DNA of 64,000 nucleotides, from NCBI RefSeq assembly GCF_009914755.1, contig NC_060929.1, one strand, 5' to 3'. The notes under the pieces were generated by a model. It saw nothing but the letters and a program-made list of their open reading frames with translations. It was not told where the DNA came from and ran no database searches. The translations under genes and the position numbers were made by a program. This document shows positions 21,627 to 42,883 of the stretch, one piece after another; position 1 is the stretch's first letter, and every line of letters begins with the position of its first letter. Source of the DNA: the human T2T-CHM13v2.0 reference genome, Homo sapiens.

Positions 21627-23933
21627 TTAGACTTTATCATCACATTCAGTGGGAAGGGTTCAGTTGACTATTATGCCATAGTAAGTATATTCACTAAATA
21701 TTCACTAAAAGGAGAAAAAGAGCACAAAATCTTATAAACTTAGAGATATAAAAAATAAACATAATGATAACTCTCCTAAGAGTACATCAGACATCATTAA
21801 GAGACTGATTTGAACAAACTGACTCAGAGTCACAAGACTTGAGTGAGTCTCGTGTTCATTTTACTGAAGTGCTCTTAGAAGGTTTGTGCTATTGAACTGT
21901 CTTTCAGGCTCCCACAGTATGTAGCTATATAATCTCTCCCAGTGGCTGATTTCTTTTAAAACTCTATATTGTAGACATGAAAGTCTTACTTTTATTTGAA
22001 GTATAATTTACTCAACTAATTTAAACTCATGCAAATATTAAACATCTCAAACTTATTCATAATGGCATTTATGGTATTTGACAGTGTAAGGTTTGTGTGT
22101 GTGGTTTAGCCGTTCACATTAGTTTCAGATACATTCGGTTTCTCAAAGAGGCAGCAGAATATCTTTTGCTTAATATAGACTCATTTGGAAGAGAAATCTT
22201 CAGACTTTATTTTTGGATATCATAATGAATGCTGCTGATAAAGCCATATGAAATCATAGATGTGTACATGACTAGAATTTTCCTTTTCTGATTTTTTATA
22301 ACTTTCAAATATTGCTTCTGGGTGTACTTTTAAATTAAATCAAAATAAATGCATAAGAGAAAAAATCCTTCACATAATATCCTGTCAGTAAAATTAGTAA
22401 AACCTGGAAAGCAATTTCTATTTTAGTATGTGGATAAGGAGATAAGATTCAATATCTGTTCATTTTCACTATGGCAAGAAAAAAAGTGTAATTTTCAGTA
22501 CTCTTGCTAACTTCTATTATCCACATGGGAGCTGTTATTATCTGCATAATGTACTGAGGCATTTGCTATCAAGCTTACTGTTCAAATTAGTCTCCCTTGG
22601 TTTCAAGTCACTTTCACTTGAAACGATAAAATTAAATTAGCAGTCTTACCCAGGTCAGTGTGAAGTTTCTCCTGATGAATTTTCCAAGATATTGTTGCTC
22701 TGTTATAGTTTTCATATCATAACTTTGGGTGCAATTGAAACAGATATTTTTCCCCCATTTGTAGGGATTTTTTAATAAATGAGGGCAATATATAATTTCG
22801 TTTAATTCAATTTCTTTCATTTTGCTACTGTGCAGCAGCTTCAAATAGCAATAAAATGAACATTTTAAGGCATATCTTAGACTTTTATTTTGGTGTTTTA
22901 AAGTGCAATGAGGTTTATATTAAAATTAAAACACTGATATGATAAAATAACACTGGATCCCAATTGTAATAAAAATTGCATTTTCTCTTTTAAATATGAA
23001 GTAAAGTTACTCTGAAATTATGTTTAAGAAAGAACTAGCCACTTTTTTTCTTGCTATAGTTTTCCCTTTTTATATATTATTGCATTTCTTTTGTTTCTCC
23101 TTGGCATGCATTTATCAAATATAATCAGAGGAGGTTTTATTTGTTTGTTTGTGGTCTCAGAGTGTAGGGATTTCAAAGAATGTTCTAACAAATGAAAATA
23201 ACTAGAGCAGACACATAAATAGTATCATTTACATTCAAATTGTATTGAATTTTGTCACTGCTGGGGGACGGATAAAATGTGGAAGTGACAAAGATTCAAA
23301 CATTCTGAACAATTGAGGTAGCTGTATTTTGGCCTGATTGTTTGAAACTAGAGATAATTTTTTCTTACCCTCAGGCTGTTTTTATAAGGAATTCCCCTCA
23401 GTTACTCAAATACACCTCTTCCTTCATACTCAGTGCATTTTTTCCTCGTGTTCTCTCTGCTTGGAAAACACTCACCCTATTCATTGCTTGATTAACTTTT
23501 TTTCTCCTTCCAACCATAGTTTCATCACTTCTGCAAGTGCTTCTCTGACATCCTTAGACTAAGTTGAGTACACATCTTTTGCATTCCTGCAGCACCTTGC
23601 TCTCACCTCTGATTATTAATTGTATCTTGGCTAGCTCATCTTTAAGGTATGAACTGCCTCATTCATTTGTATTTTTCCAGAGTTTTACATTTGTTCAATA
23701 GAGTGGAAATGTAATACTATTTGTTGAAAGACTGATTGACGAAGAAAATGAATAATTCAGTGATAGGTTAGGTAAACTGTTTAGGGAAGTAAAAGTAAAT
23801 GACAACAACAAAGAAGCTAAACATGAAAAATCACTTAAGGTGAAATAAAGCTTTTCATAATAAATTCTGTTCCATCTTTCCTTACAATGTATATGTATTT
23901 CTGACTTAGATATCACATCCGGCACTCTCTCTC

Positions 23934-23937
<4 letters not shown>

Positions 23938-23986
<49 letters not shown>
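23938..23986. repeat. (TG)~24 microsatellite
   Basis: Perfect dinucleotide run. Confidence 0.97.
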
Positions 23987-23989
<3 letters not shown>

Positions 23990-24799
23990 ATGAGATGGAG
24001 ACAGAGAGAAGGAAGAGAGGAAAGAGAGGGAGAGACTGAATGTCTTTAGACAAGCATCCTCTTTTCAGTTTCAATTCTCTACCATTCTCTAATTCAACAA
24101 ATCATCTGACCACTTCACATCTTTATGTTACCTGACTTACCCCAGAAAGCAAGCATTTGAATTTGAAGCCTTTTCTTCTAACTACTTGGAACTAATAATG
24201 GTCTATTAGGAAAGGGAAATTAAAAAGAAATATTTGCTTTACCCCGGCAATTTTTTTAGCACAAGGATTGGCCATTATATTATTTTGAAAATTCTGATCT
24301 TCTAGTACATTTACTTCTCCTTTTTTTAAATTAGTTACTCACTTTAAATATAAACTTTTCAGAAAAACAACCACATCTACACAATCCCTATAAAAATTTT
24401 AAAATCAAAAATTTCTGAAGATAAACAGTCTGTCATTGATCTGACTACAAAACCTGACTAGAACTCATGTAAATTTAATGTTGGTATTTATTTATTCCAC
24501 TTAGAGTATTTATACATTTTGCAGCAGAAATATGAATGTAGTTGACTATGAGTTGTTGTGAATATTTAAAATATGTTCCAATTTCCTTCCTAAAATAAAC
24601 ATAAAAGTAATTTAAATTCTGAAACTCATCTGGTCCCAAGAATTTTAAATAAGGTAGTACAGAAACATAAAAAATAAATATAAGATCATTTCAAATGTAA
24701 ATATAGGTAGACTTGGAATAAATAAAAAAGAAAGTTCGAATGCAGATGCACAGATTCTACAGTTTTATATCATTACAAAGTTGATTCAAACTGTACTTT

Positions 24800-25107
24800 A
24801 GCTGGTGCAGTGACTCTCGGTATAATCCCAGCACCTTGGGAGACTGAGGTGGGAGTATGACTTGAGCCCAGGAGTTCAAGACCGACCTGGGCAACATAGT
24901 GAGACTCTCTCTCTCCCCCAAAATTTTTAAAAATTAGCCTTGCATGAATGCATGCACCTCTAGTCCCAGCTCCTCTGGAGGCTGAGACAGGATGATCCCT
25001 TGGCCAAGGAGGTGGAGGATGCAGTGAAATCTGATCACTCCACTGCACTCCGGCCTGTGCGACAGGGCAAGACCCCTGTCACCAAAAAATAAATAAATAA
25101 ATAAAAA
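24800..25107 (+). mobile_element. AluJ-like element
   Basis: Diverged Alu dimer with an (aaat)n tail. Confidence 0.85.
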
Positions 25108-28100
25108 TGTAGTTTAATTTTCTCAACAGCTAAACCAAAGGATTAGAAAAAAATTACTTTGTTCCACTACAAGTCAAAGAAAAATGATGTTAGAGTGCAA
25201 TGAAAAAAATCAAACAATAATTCATAATTCATCATATCTCTCTCAATTCTGATGCTATTTTGCCTGATAACTTGACATTTTTTTATACATTTCTGAATAG
25301 AAAGTTTCTCCACTTATACGATATAGTAATTGCACTTAAAATTTCTTGAGTATCTTCCAGTTTTATAGTATCACCAATTGGGTCACAACGTAAAAAAATA
25401 ATAAATAATAGTTAATATAATCACCTCAAATATAATTGTAGTTAGCATAGTTATTTAGACCATTAACTTATTACCAGCAAAATGTAGTTATCAATAACTC
25501 TGACAAAAAAGTAAAAATAATAAGCATTAGCAAGCAAATTGGTAGCTTATTGAGAAAAAAAAAATTTTTCCTCTAGGTGATGGGCCTTTGTGCAGACTAC
25601 ATATACTGGCTCCAAAAAGAAGTAAAAAGTAACACCTCCCACAGCTGGCATGGAAAGGATGCTTTGTTTAGTGATATTACACAGACATTCAATTTTTTCT
25701 CCTATGAGAAAGCTATTTTTAACTTCAATCTAAGTATGAACATGATTAATATATCTGGTTACTATAATTTCTTTTCCAGGATAGAAATTCCCATAATTAG
25801 GCATTTTAAACAACTCATTGATCAAGTTGTGTTTAATAATATAATCAGCTAGACTGTTTATTTTTATGTCTTAAAATATATTACTATAATATTTAAGTTT
25901 AAAGATATCCATAATTATGCCACCTTAATCTAATGAGTTAACTTTTTATTCTGCTTTTCATACATACTATTTGACATACAATCATTTTTAATATTGTCTA
26001 GATACTGGAGAGAATTATGAAAGATAAAGATTTAATACTGTAAATAAAACATTTTATCTAGAGAAGCAGTTCCTGGAGACACACTTGACAAATAATGACA
26101 TCTTGCCCAACATATCTTAGGGGTAATACTTGCAGTGACTAGTTAAGGAGAGTGGTGAGTTGCCCATAGCATATGAAACCCTCTGTACATATTTTCATTT
26201 TTCATACTATGTTTAAAGTTATTGCTCAAGTATTCTAAACCTATATGACTAGAAATTGAGACTTTCAAAGCAAAGTAAGCTTTTTTATTTTTTAAAAAAA
26301 AAAGAATTCTTGCCTTCAGTCTTTTTTGGTTTGAATCATGTGTATTTCACATTAGGCAATTATTTTATATCCAAACAGGGCTTACTTTCTTTGTATCAGT
26401 TTGAATCTTATCATCCTGAATTCAGAGAAGTGTGACATTGTAAGGCATTTTTTTAAAGAGATTTTTGAAAAATTTTATGCTAACTCAAAAGATCTACCAC
26501 AGTCTTCAGGCTATATACAGGAAAACTTGACATAATTTAAGTTTAAAATTAGCAGATATATGAATATACACAAATGTATTTAGTTGTACAAAGTAAAAGT
26601 TAATTTTAAAGGCCAGAAAAAACGGTGCAGTCATTAAACAATTATTAATTTTATATTAAAATTACATAATCTATCATATTAGTGCATAAAATTATTTTTT
26701 ACAACTGACTGACAAGATGTGTGCTATACAATCTACAACATGTGTAGTGTCATTAAACTGTTACACTCAGGAAGGCCTGAAAATTTAATAGGAATTTATT
26801 ACAAAATAAGTTTTCTCAGAGTGCTAAAATATCTTAACCATGTTTAAAAATACACTTCAATGAAGAAAATATAATGGGTTTATATACATCTCCCAATCAA
26901 ATAAAAAACAGAACTATAAACATTTAGGCCAATTTCAACTGAAAATGATGAGTGCAGCTTTTTGCACAATGAATGAATTTTTAAAATTCCATCAATTGAA
27001 CTTTTTCCTCAGCAAGCATATCAGAAAATGATTCAGTTCAGACTTGTCTGTTACTGTATTAATTTTAAAAGTCTCTTATCTTGCTTTTGCAACCTCCCTT
27101 CTAAGCCACTATCTTTCTGAATGGCACTGAACTTTAACAGAGAAAAGGTGCTTTCTATGCAGAAGATGAAAAATGCCTACAGCAGCAAAAAGTAAGCCAA
27201 ATAGATATGAAGCCAACAAAGTGCCTCAATGGGATGGAGTAGAGCAGGAACACAGCTCTTCGTGAATCCATAATATCAAATCCTATCTTAAAGCAGTGCA
27301 CTTGTTCTATATACACTGTTCTAATGGTATAAATACCCTGAGAGTAGAATGATACAGTTCATGCATATTAAAGAAACACTGCAATGAATAACACTAGAAT
27401 ATGTTTTCCTACATCTGTGTCACTCATTCTGGATAAGTATTTAATAGCCAGGATATTTTGAAGTTTACAAGTTGTTCACAGTGTGAACTCCAAAACATGG
27501 ATAGAAACTAGTAGTTTTTACTCTGATTACAAATACAGTGCATTCTCTATAGATAATTTGAAAAATAAAAATCAACCGAAATTATATCACCTCAAGATAA
27601 CACCTGTTAGTATTTTCTCCCTGTAATCATTCTATCCAATTTAATTTATATTTATATAATCCATTTTGACTTATGAAATTTTAAAGTCATATAATTATAC
27701 TTATTTAAAATACATTTATATTTTTATTTAAAATGGCAATATTTGACTGTTTTGACTAAAAAAAAGGGTAATGACTTACAATTCAATTTTATTGAATACA
27801 CAGTTTTATCCTGCTTTCTCCTCTAATATTATATTGTCATCATTTAAACATGTCTTGATTTTTGTTCGTTGCCTAAAATTTCTTTCCACAGTTGTTACTA
27901 TATTTTTGTATAATAACTTCCTAACTTTTTGACAGTTTGGTTAATTAAAACTTATTATTTTAAACTGCTATGAACAGCTCTGTTCAGAGTTCTTCATACA
28001 AGTCTCTAGATAGTTGCTTAGGACAGATTGTTACAATTACCAGACATTAAATCTTTAAGTGTCTTGATCCATATAGCCAAATTTGTTTTCATAATAATAA

Positions 28101-28189
28101 TATCAATGTACACTGCCACGGACAGCACACGGTCATCCATCTAATTGCTCTCAACAATAGCAATATACTCTCTAACTATTGCTTACATA

Positions 28190-29960
28190 ATAGGTGAAAA
28201 GAGTTTTTGAATGTGATTAAATAGTGGGGTGCCTACACTATTGTTAAAGCATAATAAGATTAGAATGTCTAGCTCAACTTCTGAGTTTATTTCCTGTTCT
28301 ACTAAAAACCCAACAGAATGACATTAAAGAAACTTGAGGGGAAAAAGGATAAGCCAGAAGCACAAGGAAAATGGGAAGAAAATTCTTGCCATGCTATCAC
28401 CAGGCAAGAGAGTCAACACATTTCTCAAAGATGAAAAACTAAGGAAATAGTGTTAATTGTGATGGATATGCCCCACAAAATGGAGCTAAAGCAATGGGTT
28501 CAGTTATTTAGCTTAGCTTATACCCCAAGACACAGGAATACAATTAATGTACATTCAATGGAGGGCAGGAAGGAGAAGGGCAGGTATTAATTAAAAGGTT
28601 ACATTGAAAAAGTCGAACTTCTCTACATATCTTCCCTGCCCTTTCTACAAAATGATCACCACACAGAAATTAGATAATCACAACTAAATACAATGTTTAA
28701 AAATCAGGGACAATTTACCTGGTGTGGTGTACAGTGTGAAGAGAAGAAATCTTTGGTCCAATCTAATAAGAGGTCTGGTATTTTAAATTAAAGTTTGGAG
28801 AACATAATTCTAAAAGATCCTTGACTATTTCTTAAAGTAGAACTTAAAACTAGGTGTGCTTGACCCATACCCTCAGAGCTCCTAAGAATTTATTTTGTTT
28901 TATTCTTAAATATGAGAGGGAAACCAAGGGTTATCCAAATTGTTTCAGAAATTGCAGGAGGAAAGAGAAAAATTCTAGATAATAAAATACACAATTTGAT
29001 GTTAGAGTAGAGGTAATCCAAATATTTAGAACTAAATTTAATTTAGTAGCCTCAGATAAATGATAATATAAGAATAAGAGATACCATGAAATAGCAATGT
29101 TCAGAGAGGGAGAAATATCTCTTGGAAATTAAAAATATAACTGAAAAAATTAAAATGCAATAGAAAGATTAGAAACTAAAATGAAAAAAATACCCAAAAA
29201 TGTAGAATAAAAGATAAGTCGAAAATATAAAGTACCTAATTGATTCCAAATGTCCAACAGTTTCAAAGGCAGAAAGCTTGATTATACAATCATTTACACC
29301 AATATGCTGGATTTAAGAGTGACAAGCTTCTTTAAACTGCCGTTCATGCTGAAGAAGATAATATATGTGAACACACTTGTCATGAAATTTCAGAACACTG
29401 TGGATAAAGTCAAGGATTCTGAAATTTCTGTAAAAAAAAAAAGTAATGTGAATCAGGTTAACATCAAACTGATTGCTGGAAGAAAATATGCTGAGGTTTT
29501 CAACTACAAATAAAAGATTTCAACTACAAATTTTGCCCAACAAAATTGTCAAGTGAAGTGCAGAATAAAGGCAACTTTGGATATAAAAACATCCAGAAAT
29601 TTTACCCCTTGAATACCATATGCTAAGAAGTAACCTGAGGATTGCTTTGCAAAATATGAGATTATTCCAAGAAGACTGAAGCAAACAAAATTTGGACTCA
29701 GAAAAGTAAGGAAAGTACAATTAGAGAACAACATCTATGCAGAAGGCCTAAAGAAATCATTAGACTCAATGATGAGAACAGATGAAGAGGGTAACAGGGT
29801 AAGAGGGCCAGGTGGATATAAATGCTTTTGCATCTCTTGGATTCCGTAGATCAATAGATAAGCTTGAGACATTGACACAGTTTAGGCATGTGATAAAAAG
29901 GCAGATAAGAAAAATATAAGCAATAAGTACCTCCTGGTGATGGGATGATGGCAACTGTGA
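28190..29960 (+). mobile_element. Old L1M-type remnant (5'/ORF1-like), continuing past the young L1 to ~31500
   Basis: A-rich strand bias and degenerate L1M-like phrases; boundaries uncertain. Confidence 0.4.
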
Positions 29961-29967
29961 CAAAATA

Positions 29968-29973
29968 CATCTA

Positions 29974-30017
<44 letters not shown>

Positions 30018-30060
30018 CATCCATCTATCTATCTATCTATATATATATGTGTCTATATAT
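29968..30060. repeat. (TATC)n tetranucleotide repeat grading into (TA)n
   Basis: Direct reading. Confidence 0.95.
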
Positions 30061-30124
30061 GTAGTAGCACATCCTTTGGCTCTGAATTGAACAATATTTA
30101 CTTAGTCATTATAATGAAAGTCTT

Positions 30125-31559
<1,435 letters not shown>

Positions 31560-32846
31560 TAGGACCAAAGGAGAAACTTAGACAAATATATGAAAGAATT
31601 TTAAATAAAGAACCACATTTCAAATAAACCTGAGGACAGATAAAACTTAAAATATTTTGGCCTTAAATTTTTATATAAGTAATTTCAGCAGAAAAGGTTA
31701 AAAGTTTAGCCTTGTTTTACCAATGTTAATTTAAATATTTTTATTATGCATAGAAAGTTCAAACACCAAATGTAATTGAGTTATAAATGTTCAATAAGTA
31801 GCTTATTTGTCCTGTTTTTTTTCCTTAATATTATTTCCTCCACATTCCTTCTCAAAAATAGGATGTATATAGATGGTGAGAAATGAAGACAATATAATTA
31901 CCTGTCCCTACATAAAAAATGAAACCATGCACATTTTTCTATTCCTAGTTAAACAATTCTGACACCAAACAAAAAATAACCTAGCAGTTGGCCCTAGGAA
32001 ATTATTTCCTCACAGAAAATGAGTTTGTAACCCAAATAAATGATTCTACATGTCAAAACTAAGAACACTATCAAGACTCATTTTAAGACCATCGATTTGA
32101 GGAACCCACCAATCCAAAGCTATATCATAATTCTGTTTAATTTCAAGTTTCTTATCTTGTAAAATCCACCTAAAATACCAAAATAAAAGTCTTATTTCTT
32201 TTAATAACCCTTTCTCCTTTCAATGATTTGAAACACAAATAAGGCTCTGCTAAGTAGTTCATGTTCTCTCTTGCTGTGGTAAGTTTAATAAGCTTAATTT
32301 TTGTTGATTAACAAATTTTCCCAGTGATCTTGGTGTGGAGTGGAGATCTTGGAAAATTCCGGAGACTCCACCAAGATCCAGCAGAAACCACCTTGCCAAA
32401 AGGGCTCAAGATCATCACCTCTGAATCAGAGTCCTTAGTTTAGGTTCTTATTTAGAGTCTTCCTAGCTAAGAAGCAGGCCACCAGAATAGAGTCACATCA
32501 GCTTTTCCTAAGGAGACCAACTATATTTGGAAGGCAGTGTAGAATTTTATGTCTAAGGGTATTGTCAAAAACACTGGAGATTTTGATTGTGAACAACTAA
32601 AAGGAGACAAAAGTAGGAGACCAGCTACAAGATTATGTTTATAAGAGAGAAACAGGGAAAGAAACAGCTAAGAAGGGCCCTCCTAAAGTATAAGGTCAGA
32701 CTAAGCCTAAAATTTCTACTCGTGCAAAGCGGCCCAACATTAATTGGATCAGACTGTTTTATAATACATGCCCCGTTGGTCAAAAACTATACAACAATCA
32801 GCTAGAATTTGGTGGAGGTCAACAATGGAGGCTGAGTGTCCGATCA

Positions 32847-33205
32847 TGTGTTAGTCTGTTTTCACGCTGCTGATAAAAACATACCAGAGGCTGGGTAATT
32901 TATAAATTAAAAAAAGTTTAATGGACTCACAGTTCCACGTGGCGGGGAGGCCTCACAATCATGGCTGAAGGCGAAATGCACACCTTACGTGTCAGCAGAC
33001 AAGAGAAGACAACTTGTGCAGGGAAACTCCCCTTTATAAAACCATCAGATCTCATGAGACTTATTCACTATCATGAGAACAGCACAGGAAAGACCTGCCC
33101 CCATGATTCAATTACCTCCCACTGGGTCCCTCCCACAACAGGTGGGAAATGTGGGAGCTACAATTCAAGATGAGATTGCGTTGGGAACACAGCCAAACCA
33201 TATAA
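32847..33205 (-). mobile_element. THE1 (MaLR) solo LTR
   Basis: tgtgttagtctgttttcacgctgc...cagccaaaccatataa; TSD gatca/gataa. Confidence 0.9.
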
Positions 33206-33514
33206 GATAATAAGAGGCAGATGAGCCAGTTAATCAACTGAGAAAGCAAAGGTCAAAGAGACATCCTGGCTAAATTACCAGTCCTCTCACTGGTAGTCAG
33301 GGACTTAATACAAACCCACGCTGCACAATATAAGGTATGACATCAGAAGCTGCATACTGTGGGGTAAATAAACTTCACCCAAATCCTCCATTCAAATCAG
33401 TAAACAAACAAGTAAACAACCAAACAATAACATGCTTTTGAAGGGATAAGTATCCAGAGTTGATACAATATATTGTCTAAAGTATCCAGTTTCCAGCACA
33501 CAATTATGAAATAT

Positions 33515-33818
33515 GTGTTATGGACAGAATGTTTGTGCCCTTCCAATATGATGGTATTAGGAGGTGGGGCCTTTGAGAGGTAGTTAGGTTATGAAGATGA
33601 AGCATGTTCATTTCCTCTTATCAGAACACTGTAAGAGCTCATCCTTTTTCTCTTTGCCCTCAGCCATGTGAGTATACGAAGAGAATGTGCTCACCAACTA
33701 CTGAATCTGCTGGCACCTTGATTTTGGTCATTCCAGCCTCCAGAACTGTGGTAAATTATTATTTATTGTTTTACCCACCCAATCCATGGTATTCTGTTAC
33801 AGAAGAGCAAACTAAAAC
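33515..33818 (+). mobile_element. MLT1A-like LTR
   Basis: tgttatggacagaatgtttgtgccc...ggtattaggaggtggggcctttg...ccagcctccagaactgtg...actaaaaca. Confidence 0.75.
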
Positions 33819-33819
33819 A

Positions 33820-38610
<4,791 letters not shown>

Positions 38611-38666
38611 AAGCCTTTGGACAAGAAAAATCAAATAAAAAAATTATTTGCCTCATAATCCAGGCT

Positions 38667-39720
38667 GGGAGTGGATCATAATTTGAAAAGACACAATCCC
38701 AGACACCATAATCTTGAATGTTGAAATCCCAAAAGATCAAATCCAAAAAACATAGTTCTGGAAAAAATAATTTCAAAAATTATGATATATGTATTTACCT
38801 TTTTGTAAGGTGGGTTATTTAAGAAACATCAAGCAACAATAGAACACTTCATAGGCCACTTTACACCATAAATTAGGCAATAATAACATACATATTTCTG
38901 TAAACATAAATGGGTATACTAATGACAGTTTCAAGAGTAAAACAGCAATAAACAGATAAGCCATATTCATAAATAAATAGGTCAAAAAGGGAAATGTATA
39001 AAAACCTACTACCATTATTGGTCATTGTGTGCACCAGCCTTCTAACTGTGGTCATCTGAAGTATCATGATGAACCATCAAAACCTTTTGAGGAAATAGAT
39101 CAAAAACTGAGACAGGTCACCACCACATATGCAGTCACCCAGAGAGCTGAGATGTCAATAAATTTTATCTTTCACAAATACAGATGTACAAAAAATAAAA
39201 ATATATCTCTTCATTTATTGAGGAAGTTTCAATATTTCTACATACATGTACAATGCTTATACACAAAGTCAGTGTTGTGACAATACACTTTTATGGAGTC
39301 AAATTTGCAAAAAAAATTGCATAAAATGAATTAATAAATTTCTGCACAATTTATATCTCCAGTACTGGAAATGACATGAAGATAAAATACATGGCATAGT
39401 GAATTGTAAAAAATAATTCTGACAAATTGAAATAGTGGGAAAAAAATTTTAAAAAGCTGAAAAGAAAATGTCATATATGAAAAAGTATATTACAGGATAC
39501 ACTTTTATATTAGGGGTCGATTAGGAGCAATTGCATGGAGATAGTACAGAAGAGCTGGACTAATATGATGCACTATTCTGTGATTGCGATATTCAGATTT
39601 TTGACATTAGGGATTTTAGACTTTAGGGATTTTAACTTTAGGAATTTTGATCTTTTGTTATGTCAACACTTAGGATTATGGTGTTCAAGGTTGTTTCTTT
39701 AGAGATTATGATCCAAGCTC
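38667..39720. mobile_element. Ricksha-like (MULE/MuDR) non-autonomous DNA transposon
   Basis: Long imperfect TIRs ggatcataatttgaaaagacacaatccc...aatgttgaaatccc and tcaacacttaggattatggtgttcaaggttgtttctttagagattatgatcc; subterminal ~14-nt repeats tagggattttagactt. Confidence 0.75.
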
Positions 39721-40309
39721 GACCAGGTGAATGTGAACATGTGTGGAACTTCTGCTTTACCATCCTTCATTTGCCTACCTCTGTGTGACAAGGTAGCTGT
39801 GATGACAAACAGAGTCCAGCATCATGTGTGATTCAGCCATCCCAGAGCAGGCCTGGAGCATATGGTGGGGCACAGTATTGGTCCCAGAGACACCCCACTT
39901 CACCTACCTTCCAAGAACACGCACTCATCCTTCCAAGCCCTCTCTAGCTCTCATGACATCTGTATTTAGCCAAAATCAGAGCCTCTACCAGAAGAATAAA
40001 TGAGACACAATGGCCCCCTTTTCAGTACATCTGGCCAGAGCATTCCAGTCGAGCTTACCCAATGGCAGTGCAAGGCAGCCAGCTTCCCAGTGTCTAGGGA
40101 GGGACGTATGTATGGAATGAGCAAGCAGGCATCATCAATGGCTCCACTGGAGCAACAGCTTCCAGCCACACCAGTGGGCCCTGGACCCAGGGGTTACACA
40201 CCTGTTCTTGCATTGGAGTTGTTACTCAGTGATGGATATAAATACAGTATATTTGAAAGGAAGAAGTGGGGAAAAAAGAAAAATGGAGCAAAGAAGTCAT
40301 ACAAGCTAC

Positions 40310-40625
40310 AATATGAATAAACCTTGAGAACATCATGCTAAGTGAAAGAAACAAGTGACAAAAACACCATATATTGTATGACTCCATTTACATGAAATGT
40401 TCACAGTAGGAAAATCTATAGATAGAAAGTAGATTAATTATTGCCTGGGAAGAATAGGGAGGAACAGAGAAGGACTACTAATTGGTATGGGGCTTATTTT
40501 AAAAGTAACGAAAATTTTCCAAAATGATATTGTGGTGATGGCTGAACAACTCTGTGAATATAATAAAAACCATTGAACTATATATTTTAAATGGGTAAAT
40601 TGTATGGTATGTGATTATTTCTCAG
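40310..40625 (+). mobile_element. L1M 3' end fragment
   Basis: aaccttgagaacatcatgctaagtgaaagaa...aaaaccattgaactata...aattgtatggtatgtga. Confidence 0.75.
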
Positions 40626-41005
40626 GGAAGATATATACCGGTTCAAGATATGGGACATACCCAATAGACAACTTGCACAGCACTCTAGGTTGACTTTTCC
40701 AGTTCTATGTTACTGGAATAGTGCTATATCAATTTATGAATGTTACCTATAGACATAAGAATCTACTTTACTGAGTTTAAGCACAAAGGCATTTAACGAA
40801 TATCAAGTTTCTCACAGAACTTCTACATGGTCTAGAGATCCAAACTTGGGTGCTGGAAAAAAATAGGTCAGGTGGAGGCAACCCCAGTAGGAGAAACACC
40901 AAGCCACACACCATGGTACTCAAACGCCTTGCACAATATTTTTTAATACAAAAGTTATTCATAGAACAATAAAGGGGACAAATTCCCAAACATTCAGTGG
41001 TTAAC

Positions 41006-41381
41006 TGTATTAATCCATTTTCACATTGCTGATAAAGACATACCCGAGACTGGGCAATTTACAAAGGAAAGAGGTTTAATGGAGAACTCAAAGTTCCAGG
41101 TAACTGAGGAAGCCTCACAATCATGGCAGAAATCAAGGAGGAGCAAGTCACATCTTACGTGGATGGTGGCAGGCAAAGAGAGAGCTTGTGCAGTCAAATT
41201 CCCATTTTTTTTAAACCATCAGATCTCATGAGACTTATTCACTATCATAAGAACAGCAAAGGAAAGACCCGCCCCCAAAATTCAATCACCTCCCACTCAC
41301 TGAGTTCCTCCCATGACACGTGGGAATTGTGAGAGTTACAATTCAAGATGAGAATTGAATGGGACACAGCAAACCATATCA
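41006..41381 (-). mobile_element. THE1 solo LTR
   Basis: tgtattaatccattttcacattgctgataaagacatacccgagac...aaaccatatca. Confidence 0.9.
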
Positions 41382-42883
41382 TCTACATATGCTTTTCACT
41401 GGTATGAGGAAGACTGCAGAAAAGCATTCAAATTCAAAAATTGCCTGCTTAAGAATTCCTTTAACAAGTCAAATAAAAATATATAGAAAACTTAGTATTA
41501 TGTTGAAATTGGATTACCCTAAACTACAACTTGAACCTATCTTTATCCTATATTTCCTTTCTGATATCTTACAAATCTTTATTGCTCCCTGCTTCTACTC
41601 TTTCTTTGGCTCTCTTTCTTCCACTGTGGTCAAATAGACATTCTCAAAGCTCAGCCGTCCCTTTAAAATGAGGCTCCTTCAAAGGAAGTCTCTTGTGGTT
41701 AATATTAAGCCATGATCTCTATTAGATTTGAAAGCCATTGTAAAAGATTTCCCCAAGCTTAGACAAAATAGATGAAAAATAATGGAGGAATTTAGGGTAG
41801 TCCTGGGGATGGGGTGGACGCCATGCTATCCCTTCAGGAATGAGAGTATTAACTGTCTCAAGGTCACCCCTGCTTTCCTGGGGCCAGAGTACACGCAATG
41901 TAATACATTGTTCCTTTTTTGAATTTTTTAGTTCAAAACCCAGATCACATTTTCAGGCTTTCTTCCTTTTAAAAATGAGCATTTAAATATACAGTTTTCC
42001 CTCTCTAAAATTATTTAGCTATATCTTATTTATTTAAATATGGGTTTCTTAAATAGTTTAATTGTATGTTCCTTATTGTTGTTATAATTTCTTCTTTCAT
42101 CCTTGAGCTATTAAGAAATAAAGTCACTTATCTCCATCTTAATTACCTTACTATACAGGGGATACAGTCTGTATAATCTTTCCTTTTTGGAATTTGTTGA
42201 GGCTTGCTTTATGACCTAGTATGTGCTCAATTTTTGCAAATATCCCAATTAAACTGGGGCTGTGGGCCTCCAAGATTCACCAACTTATCAGGACAACACA
42301 AGCTCCAGTGTTTGTTTATTCCTCTGATTTTTCAATTTCTGATTGTTTCTGGACTGTGAAATTTTTTTTCAGCCATACATTAAAAATAATTTTGACAACA
42401 TTTCATCCATCAGGGATTGACTAGAGCCAAGGGTGTTAGTGGATGATTATAGAGGACATAACTTTTCAGGGTGATGAAAATGTTCTATATCTTGATTGTA
42501 ATATGGTTTCAGGGGCATATATATATATTTGTCAAAACTCACTGAACTGTACACTTAAATTTACTTAAATACATTTTATTGTACGTAAATCATGGCTCAA
42601 TGAAGTTGATTTGAAAAATACTTTAGTATGTTTAGTAACTACACTGGAAGTAATTCTGTTGACTACACAGCCAGCCATATTTCTTAAAAATCACAACCAA
42701 ATTTTACAAAGGTGGACTGAGAAGTTGCAAGCAACATATAGAATGTTTAAGTCAATCAGGAAGTCCTTGAAAGCCTGGAAAATGTAAATACCATAAATAA
42801 GAAGACATGTTTCAAAACCACTACAAACAATGAATAGTTATAGATCTGAATTAAGACACTTTATTGAATGTTTATAATTTTAT

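Noticed and set aside
22650-22700. Possible minus-strand exon ending at ctgg|gtaag
   Set aside because: Good donor but a weak acceptor and no recognisable homology; not supportable without RNA data.
29498-29530. 20-bp-period direct repeat (tttcaactacaaat), and similar micro-duplications at ~18448, ~21688, ~55861 and ~62133
   Set aside because: Common slippage duplications with no shared motif.
39595-39660. Short repeat array resembling a CRISPR or iteron array
   Set aside because: There are no unique spacers; these are subterminal repeats of a DNA transposon in a human context.
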